Source: Patescibacteria group bacterium
GTDB taxonomy: Bacteria; Patescibacteriota; Patescibacteriia; UBA2591; JAQWAS01
DNA: 64,000 bases
NCBI GenBank assembly: GCA_028707495.1
Contig: JAQWAS010000004.1
Location: 3,157 to 67,156, forward strand
Direction: 5' to 3'
Shown: piece by piece, positions 37,632 to 49,200 of the stretch
How positions within the stretch are numbered: the first letter of the stretch is position 1
Layout: every line of letters begins with the position of its first letter
Made by a program: the position numbers and the translations under genes
Notes under the pieces: generated by a model
What the model saw: only the letters and a program-made list of their open reading frames with translations
Database searches by the model: none
Told to the model about the DNA's origin: nothing

Positions 37632-37652
37632 GAAAAATATGCCTTAATATTT

Positions 37653-38912
37653 CTAATATATAACTCTCCATAAATAATATCCACTTGCATCTTTGGCACA
37701 AATCTCTAATGAATCTTTAACGCCTGGTTTACCTTGATTAAACCACAAACTTCCACGCTTATCTACATTACAAACTGGTCTAGGACTAACCGTATTTAAT
37801 CTTATACCACCATTTACTTCTAATTTCTCATTTGGAGCTATTGTGCCTACTCCCACATCACCAGAATAAATTATGAAAGCATCTGATTGATTAATTTCTA
37901 CGGGATCTTTTGAATAGCCCCAAACAAATGTCTCATTTGCATTAACTTGCATGTTTGTTCCTCCAACACAAGAATAATTACCTTTAATTGAATTACCATA
38001 ACCACCTAAAATTACTGAATCCCAGCCGTCAATTGTATTACTTCCACCACCAAGAATCGAAGACATGTTACTTATTCCAGTAATACTATTGTTCGTGCCA
38101 CCAGTAATTGTCGATTGTTGTCCATCTGCTATGTTATTTCTTCCCCCAGACACAACAGCTAAATTGTTAGCTGTATTATCTAGTCCACCGGCAATAACGC
38201 CACCGTGTCCGTAAGTAGTTATCGTATTGCCAGATCCGCCAGAGATTGTAGACAATTGTCCTTCAGCTTTATTATCATAACCACCAGAAATTGTAATGTC
38301 GCGCCAATCTGTATTGTTTCGGCCAGTCTCTGAACTACGACCCAAATTAACATGTGTATCTGTTCTAGAACCATTTAATGTGGTAGCTTGACGTGAAATA
38401 GCACCATTAATTTGTAAAATTCCATTTGGATTTTTAACTCCAATCCCCACTTTACCGTCATCATAATAAATATTCTCCCCGTCTTTTATCCAATAGCTTT
38501 CACCTCCTATTCCTCCACCCAAATCATCAAAACTACTCACGCAGTCGTCTCCGTTTTGACCAACACAAAATTGGTTGACTGCCCAAATTGTTTCATCAGC
38601 CTTAATATTGCCAGACGTTTGAACAACTTGTCCTGCCTTATTATATCCTTCTCCAATCATCACTCCCTTGCCTGGATCTGTAGTGTCTAAACCCTTAACC
38701 ACCACACCCCTATTAATTGTCACATCCCAACCGCTATCTAATAAATTATCTCCAAAAGCCGAATTGAGATTTACAATCAACTTGTCAAGAATTGCTAAAT
38801 CTGGCATTGGTTGAGCTAAAACTCTCTTTAATGACCACGCACTTCCTAATATTAAAATCATTACTACCAAACCAATGGCTGTCAATTTAATAATAGACTT
38901 ATTTTTTTGCAT
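37653..38912 (-). CDS. Secreted fibre/adhesin-like protein with GG..N beta-helix repeats
   Basis: Signal peptide ending VLA-Q; G.VGIG...P...L.V.G fibre repeats; SxISGG..N repeats; C-terminal C...RG.L.F.....D.L..C motif. Confidence 0.75.
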   Translation of the reverse strand: MQKNKSIIKLTAIGLVVMILILGSAWSLKRVLAQPMPDLAILDKLIVNLNSAFGDNLLDSGWDVTINRGVVVKGLDTTDPGKGVMIGEGYNKAGQVVQTSGNIKADETIWAVNQFCVGQNGDDCVSSFDDLGGGIGGESYWIKDGENIYYDDGKVGIGVKNPNGILQINGAISRQATTLNGSRTDTHVNLGRSSETGRNNTDWRDITISGGYDNKAEGQLSTISGGSGNTITTYGHGGVIAGGLDNTANNLAVVSGGRNNIADGQQSTITGGTNNSITGISNMSSILGGGSNTIDGWDSVILGGYGNSIKGNYSCVGGTNMQVNANETFVWGYSKDPVEINQSDAFIIYSGDVGVGTIAPNEKLEVNGGIRLNTVSPRPVCNVDKRGSLWFNQGKPGVKDSLEICAKDASGYYLWRVIY

Positions 38913-38978
38913 AAAATTAAAATTATTTTTTAAATTATATTTATCTACATTATAACATATTAATTTTATAACAACAAC

Positions 38979-39008
38979 AAAACCCCGCCGCTCGCGAGCG
39001 GCGGGGTT
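38979..39008 (-). terminator. GC-rich palindrome / terminator
   Basis: aaccccgccgctcgcgagcggcggggtt is a perfect palindrome. Confidence 0.7.
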
Positions 39009-39025
39009 GATATTATATTTAACTA

Positions 39026-42004
39026 TTATTGTTGAAAACAGTAGATACGGTTATTCACATAACAATCTGAGTTCACTACATAAGCCATTGTCCAAGAACT
39101 ACCATTATTAGTCGATGTACCAGCGTCCCAATAATGATTGACTCCCGATGAAAAAACAACATCCCAATTCTCTCCGCACACTCCTAGAAGGTCATATCTT
39201 GCCACCTCCCCAAGCGTATTTGTGCCGGTAAAAACTCTACCCGATATAGAAACACCATCTTCGTTTATATCAATAGGTCTGTTTAAGTTACCATCTATTA
39301 AATCTGACCATCCCCCATAAGCTATTGTTCTAAGCGGAAATCCCGGTAAAACATAAGAAACATCATCTGATGCTTTAATAAAATTAAGAGCAGGAGAATA
39401 AATTTCTCCCCCAATTTTTCCACTTAACCACGCTTTATAAGTTACTCCCTCATAAGTATTAGTTGCTGAATTATAAGTTGGCTTAACTGAAGATGGTAAA
39501 ACTGTAGAATTTTTTGCTAAATTATTACAAATTTTATCAGCAGCATCACGACCTACATATTCAATGTCATCTTGAATAACCCATATTCTTCCCTGGGTAG
39601 TCCCATTTGTCATACTTGATAATGTAATTTCATCGTCGGTTGGTGTTCCACCCGTAGCAAAGACATATTTTACACCACTTTCGTTACATAAACTTGTATT
39701 AAACGTACAATTTGGATTACAACTTAAGGTACCGCCACCATACCCCAAACTAGCACACGTTTCTGGGATAGCCACACCATCACAGTATTCACCCATTTCT
39801 ACAATATTGTTGCCACAATCTGGTCCACCAGGACCAATCCATTCGGGCCATTCACTAATACAATTTTTATCACTACCCAAGCACAATTTTTCAACTGCCC
39901 AGATATCTTTATCAGCTTTTATATTTCCAGCCGTTTGCCCATTACCTTGCCCAATAATTACGCCAGGGTTAGTACCGTTTTTAATTACTATTCCATCTTG
40001 TACGCTTAAATCCCAACCTGCGTCAGGATTATTACCTCCAATTCCAAGACTTGTACCATCATTTAATAAGTTGCCAGCTGCTACCCAAGTTGTGCCGTTA
40101 TATCTTAAAGTTTGATTATTACTTCCTGTAGGCAAACTAACCCCACCTTCATCATCAGCTGGCGCCCACTCCACACCATCCCATTTTAAAACCTGATTAA
40201 TCGCTGGAGTTGAAGTAGCTAAGCTGCGCCCCTGTAATTCATCAGCATTCCATAGAGCTTGATCTTTTAAAGCGTTAATTTCTATACCATCAATATTTAT
40301 ACCAGTACCTGACTCGTAAGCAGTTCCCGTATTATCATCACTGGCACAATACCAAGCGTCTAAAGTAGTATTATATTTTAAAATTTGACCATTAGTTGCG
40401 CAATTTATAATCCCAAAATTATTACCAACCTTTTGTAATCCTTTGTTGGTTAAAACACCAAAAATCGTATCTGTATCTATATCGTCTACCCAACCCAATA
40501 CACCCGTGCCCGTTACTTTCAAAACCTTGCCAACCGCTCCAATAGCCAACCTGGTTGGAATTCCGCTTGTTGAACCAAAAATAATATCACCCAAATTAGT
40601 CATTGGATTAGTCATCCCTCCACTGGCTGGAGTAACCCAACTAGCTAGACCGCTCGCGTCAGAAGTTAAAACCTTGCCCGTGCCAGGACTGCCTCCGGTG
40701 ATTTTTACTTGACCGGCTACCTCTAATTTTGTGGCTGGGTTTTCCGTACCAAGACCCACATTGCCTGAGGTGTCAATCACAATATCATCAGTAGATCCAT
40801 TGCGTCTAATTCTTAATTTTTCGTTTAAATCGTTCATGCCGATGAACCATTTTTCGGCCAAACCAGATCGATCCAATCTAAGACCTGTCCAAAGTTTGGT
40901 TGCACTATTATTAGCTAAACGAGCCATAGCTGTGCCTGTGGATAACAAATTTCGTATATCTAAAAGATAACCCGGATCAGTTAAACCACCTATACCTACA
41001 TTTGTGCCGTTATTATATAAATTGCTATTAGCGATCCAATTCGTGCCATCATATCTTAAAGTTTGGCCACTAGCACCACTTGGCAAACCCGTACCCGCTA
41101 TATCATCAGCTGGCGCCCACTCCACACCATCCCATTTTAAAACCTGGTTAATTGCTGGTGTAGAATTAGCTAAAGCTCTATCCTGTAACTTGTCAGCATT
41201 CCATATAGCTTGATCTTTTAAAGCATTAATCGTTGTTCCCACAAGACTGATACCAGTACCCGCACCATAATCTATTCCAGTGTTATCATCGCCAGCACAA
41301 TACCATTCGTCGGATGAATTATATTTTAAAACTTGACCAATGGCACACTCTGGCAATCTCAGGACCACATCGCCGCTCGTTCCTCCGCCAGTCAATCCTG
41401 TGCCAGCAATAACACCCGTTATATCACCCTCACCACCACTTTCCGGCGTTGAACAAACTAAAATTCCATTATCATTTACACCAGAAACATATTGTCCACT
41501 TGGACAAGCACTGCCAATTTCTGTTTGATAAAGTCCATCGGTATATGAAGCGTTTAAACTCACAGTTGGCTGCGGCCCTCCCGAATTAGTTACTGTAATA
41601 CCTGTGCCAGCTAAAACGTCTGTAATATCACCTTCGCCTAAACCAGCCGTTAAGTCGCTAAAGCTGCTCACGCAGTCTGTTCCATCTCCACCAACACAAA
41701 ATTGCTCTTCAGCCCAAACCTTCTGATCTACCTTAAGATCGCCAGACCTCTGCCCTTCTCCCTCTCCAATCATTATTCCCCGCAAACCATTGCCTATGTA
41801 AATATTTGGTGTCGTTATTTTCCAAATTGTATTTGGCAGATGATCACCAAAAGCAGCTCCGAGCCTCACACTTAATTTATCTAAAATTACCAAAGCTGGT
41901 ACCGCCTGAGCTGAAACGTTTTTTAAATTCCAAAGACTCAAAATCGATAAAGAAACCATAACTAAACATAAAGCTGAAATTCTAAAAATTGTTTTTTTAT
42001 TCAT
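39026..42004 (-). CDS. Large secreted fibre-like protein with an internal duplication, a Cys-rich repeat and a C-terminal DUF1554-like domain
   Basis: Signal peptide; GDIT.V.AGTG repeats; GNVG.GT..P..KLEV.G; CGNN.VE.GE.CD; ADKIC..LA, YKAWLS, IYCFQQ. Confidence 0.75.
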   Translation of the reverse strand: MNKKTIFRISALCLVMVSLSILSLWNLKNVSAQAVPALVILDKLSVRLGAAFGDHLPNTIWKITTPNIYIGNGLRGIMIGEGEGQRSGDLKVDQKVWAEEQFCVGGDGTDCVSSFSDLTAGLGEGDITDVLAGTGITVTNSGGPQPTVSLNASYTDGLYQTEIGSACPSGQYVSGVNDNGILVCSTPESGGEGDITGVIAGTGLTGGGTSGDVVLRLPECAIGQVLKYNSSDEWYCAGDDNTGIDYGAGTGISLVGTTINALKDQAIWNADKLQDRALANSTPAINQVLKWDGVEWAPADDIAGTGLPSGASGQTLRYDGTNWIANSNLYNNGTNVGIGGLTDPGYLLDIRNLLSTGTAMARLANNSATKLWTGLRLDRSGLAEKWFIGMNDLNEKLRIRRNGSTDDIVIDTSGNVGLGTENPATKLEVAGQVKITGGSPGTGKVLTSDASGLASWVTPASGGMTNPMTNLGDIIFGSTSGIPTRLAIGAVGKVLKVTGTGVLGWVDDIDTDTIFGVLTNKGLQKVGNNFGIINCATNGQILKYNTTLDAWYCASDDNTGTAYESGTGINIDGIEINALKDQALWNADELQGRSLATSTPAINQVLKWDGVEWAPADDEGGVSLPTGSNNQTLRYNGTTWVAAGNLLNDGTSLGIGGNNPDAGWDLSVQDGIVIKNGTNPGVIIGQGNGQTAGNIKADKDIWAVEKLCLGSDKNCISEWPEWIGPGGPDCGNNIVEMGEYCDGVAIPETCASLGYGGGTLSCNPNCTFNTSLCNESGVKYVFATGGTPTDDEITLSSMTNGTTQGRIWVIQDDIEYVGRDAADKICNNLAKNSTVLPSSVKPTYNSATNTYEGVTYKAWLSGKIGGEIYSPALNFIKASDDVSYVLPGFPLRTIAYGGWSDLIDGNLNRPIDINEDGVSISGRVFTGTNTLGEVARYDLLGVCGENWDVVFSSGVNHYWDAGTSTNNGSSWTMAYVVNSDCYVNNRIYCFQQ

Positions 42005-42050
42005 AAAATTAAATTAATTTTAAAATATATTTATTTATTATATCTCAAAT

Positions 42051-43526
42051 TTATCTTTCTTGCCATTCAGCTCCAGGATAACACAAAGTATTGGCTGGCC
42101 CCTGGCAAGTAAAAGTTAAAGATTCTAAGGTGTTATCGGCACTAATACAATAATAATAGTCAACACGTGGAATAATGTCTCTGTCAAAATAAACACACTC
42201 ACCATTTTCACAATGGAAACTATCAGTTGTAAATTCACCGATCAGTTTACAATTAGCATCTTCTTCGCAACCCTCCATTGTACTTTTACAAGTTTCACAA
42301 TAATCCGTATCAAATGTACGATAAACTTTGTAACTTGCGACATTTAAATCTTGCAACCAGTTTAATTTTATTTCTCCACAATGGTTATCATCAAAAAATA
42401 CATTTTCTGGTGGCAAGGGTGGCCCCTCACATTCATTAGTTAAAACACTAACCCAACCCTCTATATTTTCTAAAAAATAATCATTTAGATTTGCTTCAAC
42501 GCGATAACAATAATTGGTATTTTCGTTAACTAAATAATCCTGATAGTTAATTGATTCTAAATTTTCTATTAAAAGCTCTCCATCACCGCAACTTCCGCAG
42601 TCATCACTAATACAACGATAAATTGTATAATCATCAGCATAGCTTGAATCGTTCCACGTCAAAGACGTAGCTGAAACATCACCAACACAAATCGGACTAA
42701 CCTCTAAATTAAAATCGCTTAACATGTTTAATTTTAATGGCAACCAACGAATCCATCCTGTTAAATCAGGGGCAAAGGCCTTATCTGCCATTTCATCTAC
42801 CCCATCTAATGCTGTGCCATTTAATGAATTACCTAAAACACTATAACCATCAATTTCACTACGATATATTTTAGTTCCCCAACCTTCTCCACAAACATCC
42901 TGCCAGTTTGAATTTCCCCAACAGCCACTAAAAGTCACTCCATTACATTGGTCTGCTTGAAAAGCCACCCAACCGCAATCACCATAACCATCTATCCAAT
43001 TCTCGTCATCTTTTATAATTAATTTTCCCCAACCTGAAAGTTTATAAACATTTTCTTCGTCAGTTTCTTCTGCTATTGCCCAAGCTGTTGTTTCGCCGGG
43101 AGGAGCTCCATAACCATCTTCAGTGCAAGTAGAGCCAAAACACATTCCAGTTGTCAATAAATTCCAAGCATTCCCAGTTACATTATACGGTCCATCACCA
43201 GACCAATCAACCTTAACCCCCATATCTATGGGGTAAAACACTTGTAATCCACTTTGGTCATTAAATGGATACGATGCATCTTCCCAGATTTCTACACCAG
43301 CGCCCTGATAAGTACAACTTAAGGCCAAAGTTGAATCTAGCCAATCAATATCTTCAAATATAACTCCCCACCCTCTCACATTGTGAGAGTCGGGATTGCA
43401 ACCTTCAATCTGTGCATTAACCTTGATAGAATTAAAATTTTTAAAAATAAAAAAACAACTTATGCCTATAATCAAAATAGATATAATAAAAGCACCGATT
43501 ATTTTTTTATTTTTAAATCTAGACAT
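42051..43526 (-). CDS. Secreted Cys-rich protein with two C-terminal FN3-like domains
   Basis: Signal peptide ending VNA-Q; L.W......Y.IYR...Y.D...YCYRV.A twice. Confidence 0.75.
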   Translation of the reverse strand: MSRFKNKKIIGAFIISILIIGISCFFIFKNFNSIKVNAQIEGCNPDSHNVRGWGVIFEDIDWLDSTLALSCTYQGAGVEIWEDASYPFNDQSGLQVFYPIDMGVKVDWSGDGPYNVTGNAWNLLTTGMCFGSTCTEDGYGAPPGETTAWAIAEETDEENVYKLSGWGKLIIKDDENWIDGYGDCGWVAFQADQCNGVTFSGCWGNSNWQDVCGEGWGTKIYRSEIDGYSVLGNSLNGTALDGVDEMADKAFAPDLTGWIRWLPLKLNMLSDFNLEVSPICVGDVSATSLTWNDSSYADDYTIYRCISDDCGSCGDGELLIENLESINYQDYLVNENTNYCYRVEANLNDYFLENIEGWVSVLTNECEGPPLPPENVFFDDNHCGEIKLNWLQDLNVASYKVYRTFDTDYCETCKSTMEGCEEDANCKLIGEFTTDSFHCENGECVYFDRDIIPRVDYYYCISADNTLESLTFTCQGPANTLCYPGAEWQER

Positions 43527-43588
43527 GATTAAATTTTAAAAACAATTTCTATCTTCTATATTATATCACTCTTTTGAAATAGAATAAA

Positions 43589-45079
43589 TTAGTCTTCAAG
43601 ATACTGAAAGCAATAGAGATGAAGTTGTTCTTTCCAGTCGTCATTAACACAGGGGAAACAATGATAATTTGGATATTTATTTTCACACCAACCTATTGCA
43701 TCACCCGCGGCAGTACAGTCTACCCAATTTTTATCTTTTGAAGTAATTCTACCCCCAGTCGTTCCAGCTGGTATAGGACCACCAGTATGATAACTCCACG
43801 GATTCCATTCGTATTTGCTACCACAAAAAATTCCGCTATCAAATCCACTAATATTGATTGTGTCATATCCCTCAACTTTATTACCATTATATGACGTGCC
43901 CGTAGCAACATAGATATCCTCACTATTAATTATTACTCCATGCTCATTTTGATTAATTTCATGTTTTAAAATGTCATTTTCCGAATCACTAGTTGGAACT
44001 AATTGATAAAAATTATCAACTACAATAGTTTCATGATCCGGCAAACGGTATTCAAGCTCAGCGACCCTTGGATTATAAATTTCATCCTTGGCGTTTCTCC
44101 AAGGATCCGAAATCCAGGCTCGATATTGGCCAGGTAAATTAGCTGCCCTTGCTAAAGTTTGGCATTTATAATCTGCATCATCTACTCCCCTGTCTAAATT
44201 ATCTCCGTCAAAATCTGGTTCTCCCCCAGTCTCTAAATAACCAACCATATATCTTTGACTTGTCACAAAAGTATATAAATACCGCCACTGACAAGTAAAT
44301 GGATTGCAGTTGGCTGGAAAGGGCTTACCATCACACTGTTCGCCGTGATCAAGTTCACCATCACCACAATCTAATAATTCTGGATTAACTGCGCCATAAA
44401 TCTGCCATTTTAAATTTTTAGTATTTAAAAGCCTTTCTGTACTTTGGTAAATTCCCCGAGTTCTAACACTCACACCAACAGCCAAATCGCTACTAGTGGC
44501 TTGAATAGAATATGTAATCTGATGTCCCATGTCATTAATAATTCTAATCTTGTGATAGTTATCTCTGTCTAAACCTATGGCAATTGTTTGCGGAAAGGTT
44601 TTATAAACATCATGCTGAACTATTTGCTGATCAGTTTTATTTATCGATACAACCACCATTGAACCGCCACTGCCACCAACCGTCAACCTATCGGGATAAA
44701 TAATTCCTTCAATGTCTAAATCTAATTGATATGACTCTCTAGGTTGTAAAATTATCTCTAATGGCAGACTGACTGTTTCTAAATTATAATTTTCAAATTT
44801 ATATTCTGCACCCGAATCTAATTCCCCCTCAAGACTTAAAGTATTAACATCTTCATACTCGTGATTAATTTTATTTAAAATAATTTCAGCCGCAGTTTCA
44901 GCCGCATAATAGGCCTTTTCAGAAGTACCAACCTTGCCGGTAATATTGAAAGTTTTAATTAAAATATCGCTAGCGACTAAAGCTGTGGCTAACATACCAG
45001 CTAAAATTAAAACTGCCAGTAATAAAGAGATACCATGTTGATTTTTAATTTTTTTAAATTTTAATTTCAGTTTTAACAT
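43589..45079 (-). CDS. PilX/GspK-like minor pilin with a C-terminal DUF1554-like domain
   Basis: QHG|ISLLLAVL (no E5), KAYYAAE; CGDG...GEQCD; FVTS..Y, AD.KCQ.LA, YRAWISD, LYCFQ. Confidence 0.8.
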   Translation of the reverse strand: MLKLKLKFKKIKNQHGISLLLAVLILAGMLATALVASDILIKTFNITGKVGTSEKAYYAAETAAEIILNKINHEYEDVNTLSLEGELDSGAEYKFENYNLETVSLPLEIILQPRESYQLDLDIEGIIYPDRLTVGGSGGSMVVVSINKTDQQIVQHDVYKTFPQTIAIGLDRDNYHKIRIINDMGHQITYSIQATSSDLAVGVSVRTRGIYQSTERLLNTKNLKWQIYGAVNPELLDCGDGELDHGEQCDGKPFPANCNPFTCQWRYLYTFVTSQRYMVGYLETGGEPDFDGDNLDRGVDDADYKCQTLARAANLPGQYRAWISDPWRNAKDEIYNPRVAELEYRLPDHETIVVDNFYQLVPTSDSENDILKHEINQNEHGVIINSEDIYVATGTSYNGNKVEGYDTINISGFDSGIFCGSKYEWNPWSYHTGGPIPAGTTGGRITSKDKNWVDCTAAGDAIGWCENKYPNYHCFPCVNDDWKEQLHLYCFQYLED

Positions 45080-45090
45080 AAAAATAAAAA

Positions 45091-45684
45091 TTATTTCCTC
45101 TCAGTAAATCTCTGTGGGATAGTTTCTTGGACTAAAATTTCCGGCTCATTATTTTTAATTTGAACTCGCATGGAAATTGTCACTCGTGGCTGAAAAAAGT
45201 CCATTATCATCAGGCTTTTATTTACTGGTTGAATATAAAAATCTAAAGCTTCAATATTTAAATTTTCACTGCTTAAATTTGTAAAAACCGATGGCTCTTC
45301 GGGATCTTCAGGATCTTCAGGACAACTACTTTCATCACCAAAGGCCACTTGTAAAGTCTTATCTTTTAAGCGATAAACTAAACATTTATTTTCTTCATCA
45401 ATTAAGGCTAATTCTTGAACCGAGCCACTCACACTTCCCCCATAATAATCATAATTAATTTCACTCATCCTAATTTTTTTTGTAAAGCTTTCCATAATAT
45501 ATTGTACTTCCTGTTGTAAAAGGGAAATCTCTTTTAAACTTTTATTGGTTTTCATACTCTGAATATAAATCCCCGAAACCGCCATAACTAACATAACTAA
45601 TAAACCAGCCGAGACCACCATTTCGACTAAAGTAAAACCTTGTTGATTTTTAATTTCTTTTGGCTTAAAAATCTTAATTCTCAT
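45091..45684 (-). CDS. PilW/GspJ-like minor pilin
   Basis: QQG|FTLVEMVV class III signal; ..KKIRMS; QPRVTI. Confidence 0.85.
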   Translation of the reverse strand: MRIKIFKPKEIKNQQGFTLVEMVVSAGLLVMLVMAVSGIYIQSMKTNKSLKEISLLQQEVQYIMESFTKKIRMSEINYDYYGGSVSGSVQELALIDEENKCLVYRLKDKTLQVAFGDESSCPEDPEDPEEPSVFTNLSSENLNIEALDFYIQPVNKSLMIMDFFQPRVTISMRVQIKNNEPEILVQETIPQRFTERK

Positions 45685-45731
45685 ATTTAACTCTATGCCT
45701 ATTTAATTTATTAATTATATAACTAATTTAA

Positions 45732-46232
45732 CTATTTCCAATCAGTTAAAATCTCTTCCAATTCATAATTATATGTTTTACCGCGATCTTGCCATTGCAC
45801 CCACGATTCTACTTTTCTTTGACGATTTGATTCTCCTGTCATCTCAGCGCTAATTGTAATCATCCGCCAAAAATTTGTTTCTGTGCCAGTATTAAAATGC
45901 GTAAAAAGTTGTGTTCCGCTTTCTTGGTATAATTTACAATCAACTATATTGCTGACTAAATTATCTAAATCATTATCATTATAATCAACTTTATATTTTC
46001 CAGCTGGTAAAAAATCAACCGTATCAGGATTCAACCAACGGCTATCGCGAATAGCTCGAGTAATTTCTAAACCCTCGCGCGCTAAATTAATCGCAACAAT
46101 TCTCTGTCGACTGATACCACTGTTAAATAAACCACTAGCGGTCAAAGACATAATGGCCACAATGCCAGTAGTTAAAATTCCAAAAGCCACAATAGTTTCA
46201 ATTAAAGATTGGCCTGAATTATTTTTTTGCAT
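45732..46232 (-). CDS. PilV/GspI-like minor pilin
   Basis: SG|QSLIETIVA, A.NLAREGLE..R.IRD, V.W, L.DW; start MQKNNSG. Confidence 0.85.
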   Translation of the reverse strand: MQKNNSGQSLIETIVAFGILTTGIVAIMSLTASGLFNSGISRQRIVAINLAREGLEITRAIRDSRWLNPDTVDFLPAGKYKVDYNDNDLDNLVSNIVDCKLYQESGTQLFTHFNTGTETNFWRMITISAEMTGESNRQRKVESWVQWQDRGKTYNYELEEILTDWK

Positions 46233-46258
46233 AAAATTAAAATATAAAAACAAAAATC

Positions 46259-49200
46259 CTATTCAATGGTTAAATCATCAAAATAAACATCACCAACTGA
46301 CACTTTCCAATCCCAGACATCTCCCAATAATATTCGATTAAAAGACGAAATCGCGCTAGAGGTAGCAACAACAATATCGTCAATTTTTAAAACTACTCCA
46401 CTACCAGAAGAATAATCAAACTCAAATTTATGCCAACCGGTAGTACGAGTTATATTTGTCCTTCCCCAACTTCCAATTCTATATACATATTCATTTTCTA
46501 CACCAGTTCCCAACGTACTATCCGTATCTACTCCTAAAAAAACTGTTGTAATTCCATCATCAACCCAAACCCCAGTTGTCATTTCCGCATCACTCGCATT
46601 ATCATAAAAATAAACAGTCACCCTTTCTCCGATAGCTCTAGTTTGAATTATATCTTTATTCTCATTAGTTGTGTAACTTTTTATCCCATCATGATAATAA
46701 TATTCACTACTTGTTGGTGTCCCACCTAAAGACGTCCATCGACCAAAGCCATGTTCAAAATCTTCATGATAAAAATTAACAATCGGCTCTGGATTAACAT
46801 ATTTGCGAATTAAAACTTTACCTGGATGATATGTGGTGGTATAGCCATAATTATTATATAAACCTAAAATTTCATTGGCGGTTAATGAACGGTTAAATAC
46901 CAACGCATCATCAATCGAACCATACCAAGCCTCAGAACTACCACCTGGATTCATACCTATTCTAAAATTATTATCCGATGCATCATATCCGGGCGTAACT
47001 CCAGTAGAATAAACTGCTAACCCATTTTTATAAAAAGATGTATTACTAGAACCAAAAACAGCACAAACATACTGCCAAGTGTTTAAATTCATTGACACGC
47101 CGGTAGATCTATAGGCACCTCCATCTGCAATTCGCCAAAGTCCGTAATGACCTTCAATTGCCCAATCCCATCCGCTATTATCTGTACTCATTAAATCATC
47201 AGTATTCATAGGGTTAGTTGGATAAGCCCAAGCACACATAGTGGTAGTATGGCCAGAAGACTGGTCTATATTTAAATTAGTAGCCACATAATCAGCGCCG
47301 TCAAAACTATAAGCCCCTCCGCGCATTCCATTGCTAATCCAAGTTGGACAACTCGTGCCAAAACATGTTCCATTATTTCCGTTGCCAGAAGTATCGGCAT
47401 AACTGCCTGCCGTGTCAAAATCCCACGCGCCCACCACGCCATCTATCTCACGAATAAAAGTATTAGCTACACTGCTTTCGCTCGTTAAATCTGGATCACC
47501 ATAATACATTTTAATATTATTATCGCCAATGTTTAATTGTGGCACTTTAACCCAAAAAACTGCATACAAATCACCAGAGCTTTCCATCCAATAAGATAAA
47601 AATTGAGTTTCATCTGCATTTAAAAATCTAATATCACCAAAGTCTTCTTGCATTTCTAGTTCTCTATCAACAATCACTTTGACCTGATAATCCGTTAGTA
47701 TTTGGCTGGCTATATTAGTGATAGTAATTGTTTTTGAATCAGTAAAATCAAAATGACAATCTGCTTCACAGTTTATAAAAGTTTCATTTCCCTCACACAC
47801 ATCATCTCCACAATTTGACTCATCATCATCGCTTGTACTCTCGCAACCCTCATCAACCAAATCTACACTTCCATCTCCATCATTATCTACACTTCCATCT
47901 CCATCATTATCAATTCCATCACTACATTCAAAAATTAATCTTTCTTCATTTTCTAAATTGTAATTAACAATCGGTTCTGAATTTGCATATTTTCTGACCC
48001 TTACCCAATCTACTATTGTTGATGTATTTGCTGCCTCACTTAATCGTATCGTTATATATCTAATTAATGAAGAATTGGTTGTTGTCCTTGTGTCAATGAT
48101 TGCTCCAGTTGAATAGTTTATTGTATACCAATTATACGCCGTATCTGTTCCATCCGTCCGCAACCAACGAGTTATATAATCAGTATTTGCATTTACTGTC
48201 GTATTCCATGTTCCATTCCAATAACATTTTCCTGTCGTGTAAGCCCATGAAGCACCATTATAAAAATAACCATAGTCAAATCCTATTGGACTCCCCCCTC
48301 CTAAGTTTGTAGCTGCATAAAATCTGTTTCTATAATATGCACCTTCTTTGTGCTTTGTCTCAATAAAAAACGATGGTGATGTAGGTATAAAAGCCGATGA
48401 AATTGACACTGGAACAATGCTAGTTGATGCTAAGGTAACCTGCCCGTTGGCTACGGTTATAGTCCCACCCGAAACATTTGTTGCCCAATTTGCCGCCAAG
48501 TTAGTTCCTATAAAATCATCAAAAAAATCAAAAGTTAAATCTCCATTACTTATTGTAGCCACATCTTCATTGCCATAATACATATAAATCTGATTATCGC
48601 CCATATCTAATTCTGGCACTTTAACCCAAAAAACTGCATAACTTTCTCTATAACTTTCACGCCAATAATTTAATTCTATTGTGTTGGTAGTTTGAGTAAA
48701 ACGAATGTCGTCAAAATCTGGTTGCATCTTACCCTCTTCATAATTAACCTGGATTTTAACTTGATAATCGGTTAAAGTTTGATCTGAATTGTTATTAATT
48801 GTAATCGGCGTACGATATTTATAACCAGCCAAGCCAGCACAATCACTGTCATTTTCAACTGTACAACCTTCTGGACAACAACCGTCATCTGAGCCACCTT
48901 CCAATTTTAATCCACAAGCTACCGGCGAACATGTAGCATCACAGTCTGTACCCGAACACACCTGGCATGCTCCGCAATCTTCATCAGCGACACAAGTCAC
49001 ATTTTGGCATGCACCACTACAACATAATTGATCTCCGGGACAATCAATTGGCGTCCCACTACAACATGGTACCATTGTGTTATTATCTAAACATATACCC
49101 GCCCCCCCGACAACACCATTACATGCTGGCCGAAGAACACAACCACCGATGCCATCGCATTCCTGATGACACAAAGTATCATCTATAGCCGTGCAATCTG

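Noticed and set aside
39138-41528. Series of plus-strand ORFs antisense to the 992-aa gene (similar ones lie opposite pheT, ligA, the pilins and the giant gene)
   Set aside because: Shadow ORFs from codon bias of the real gene; no SDs or recognisable motifs.
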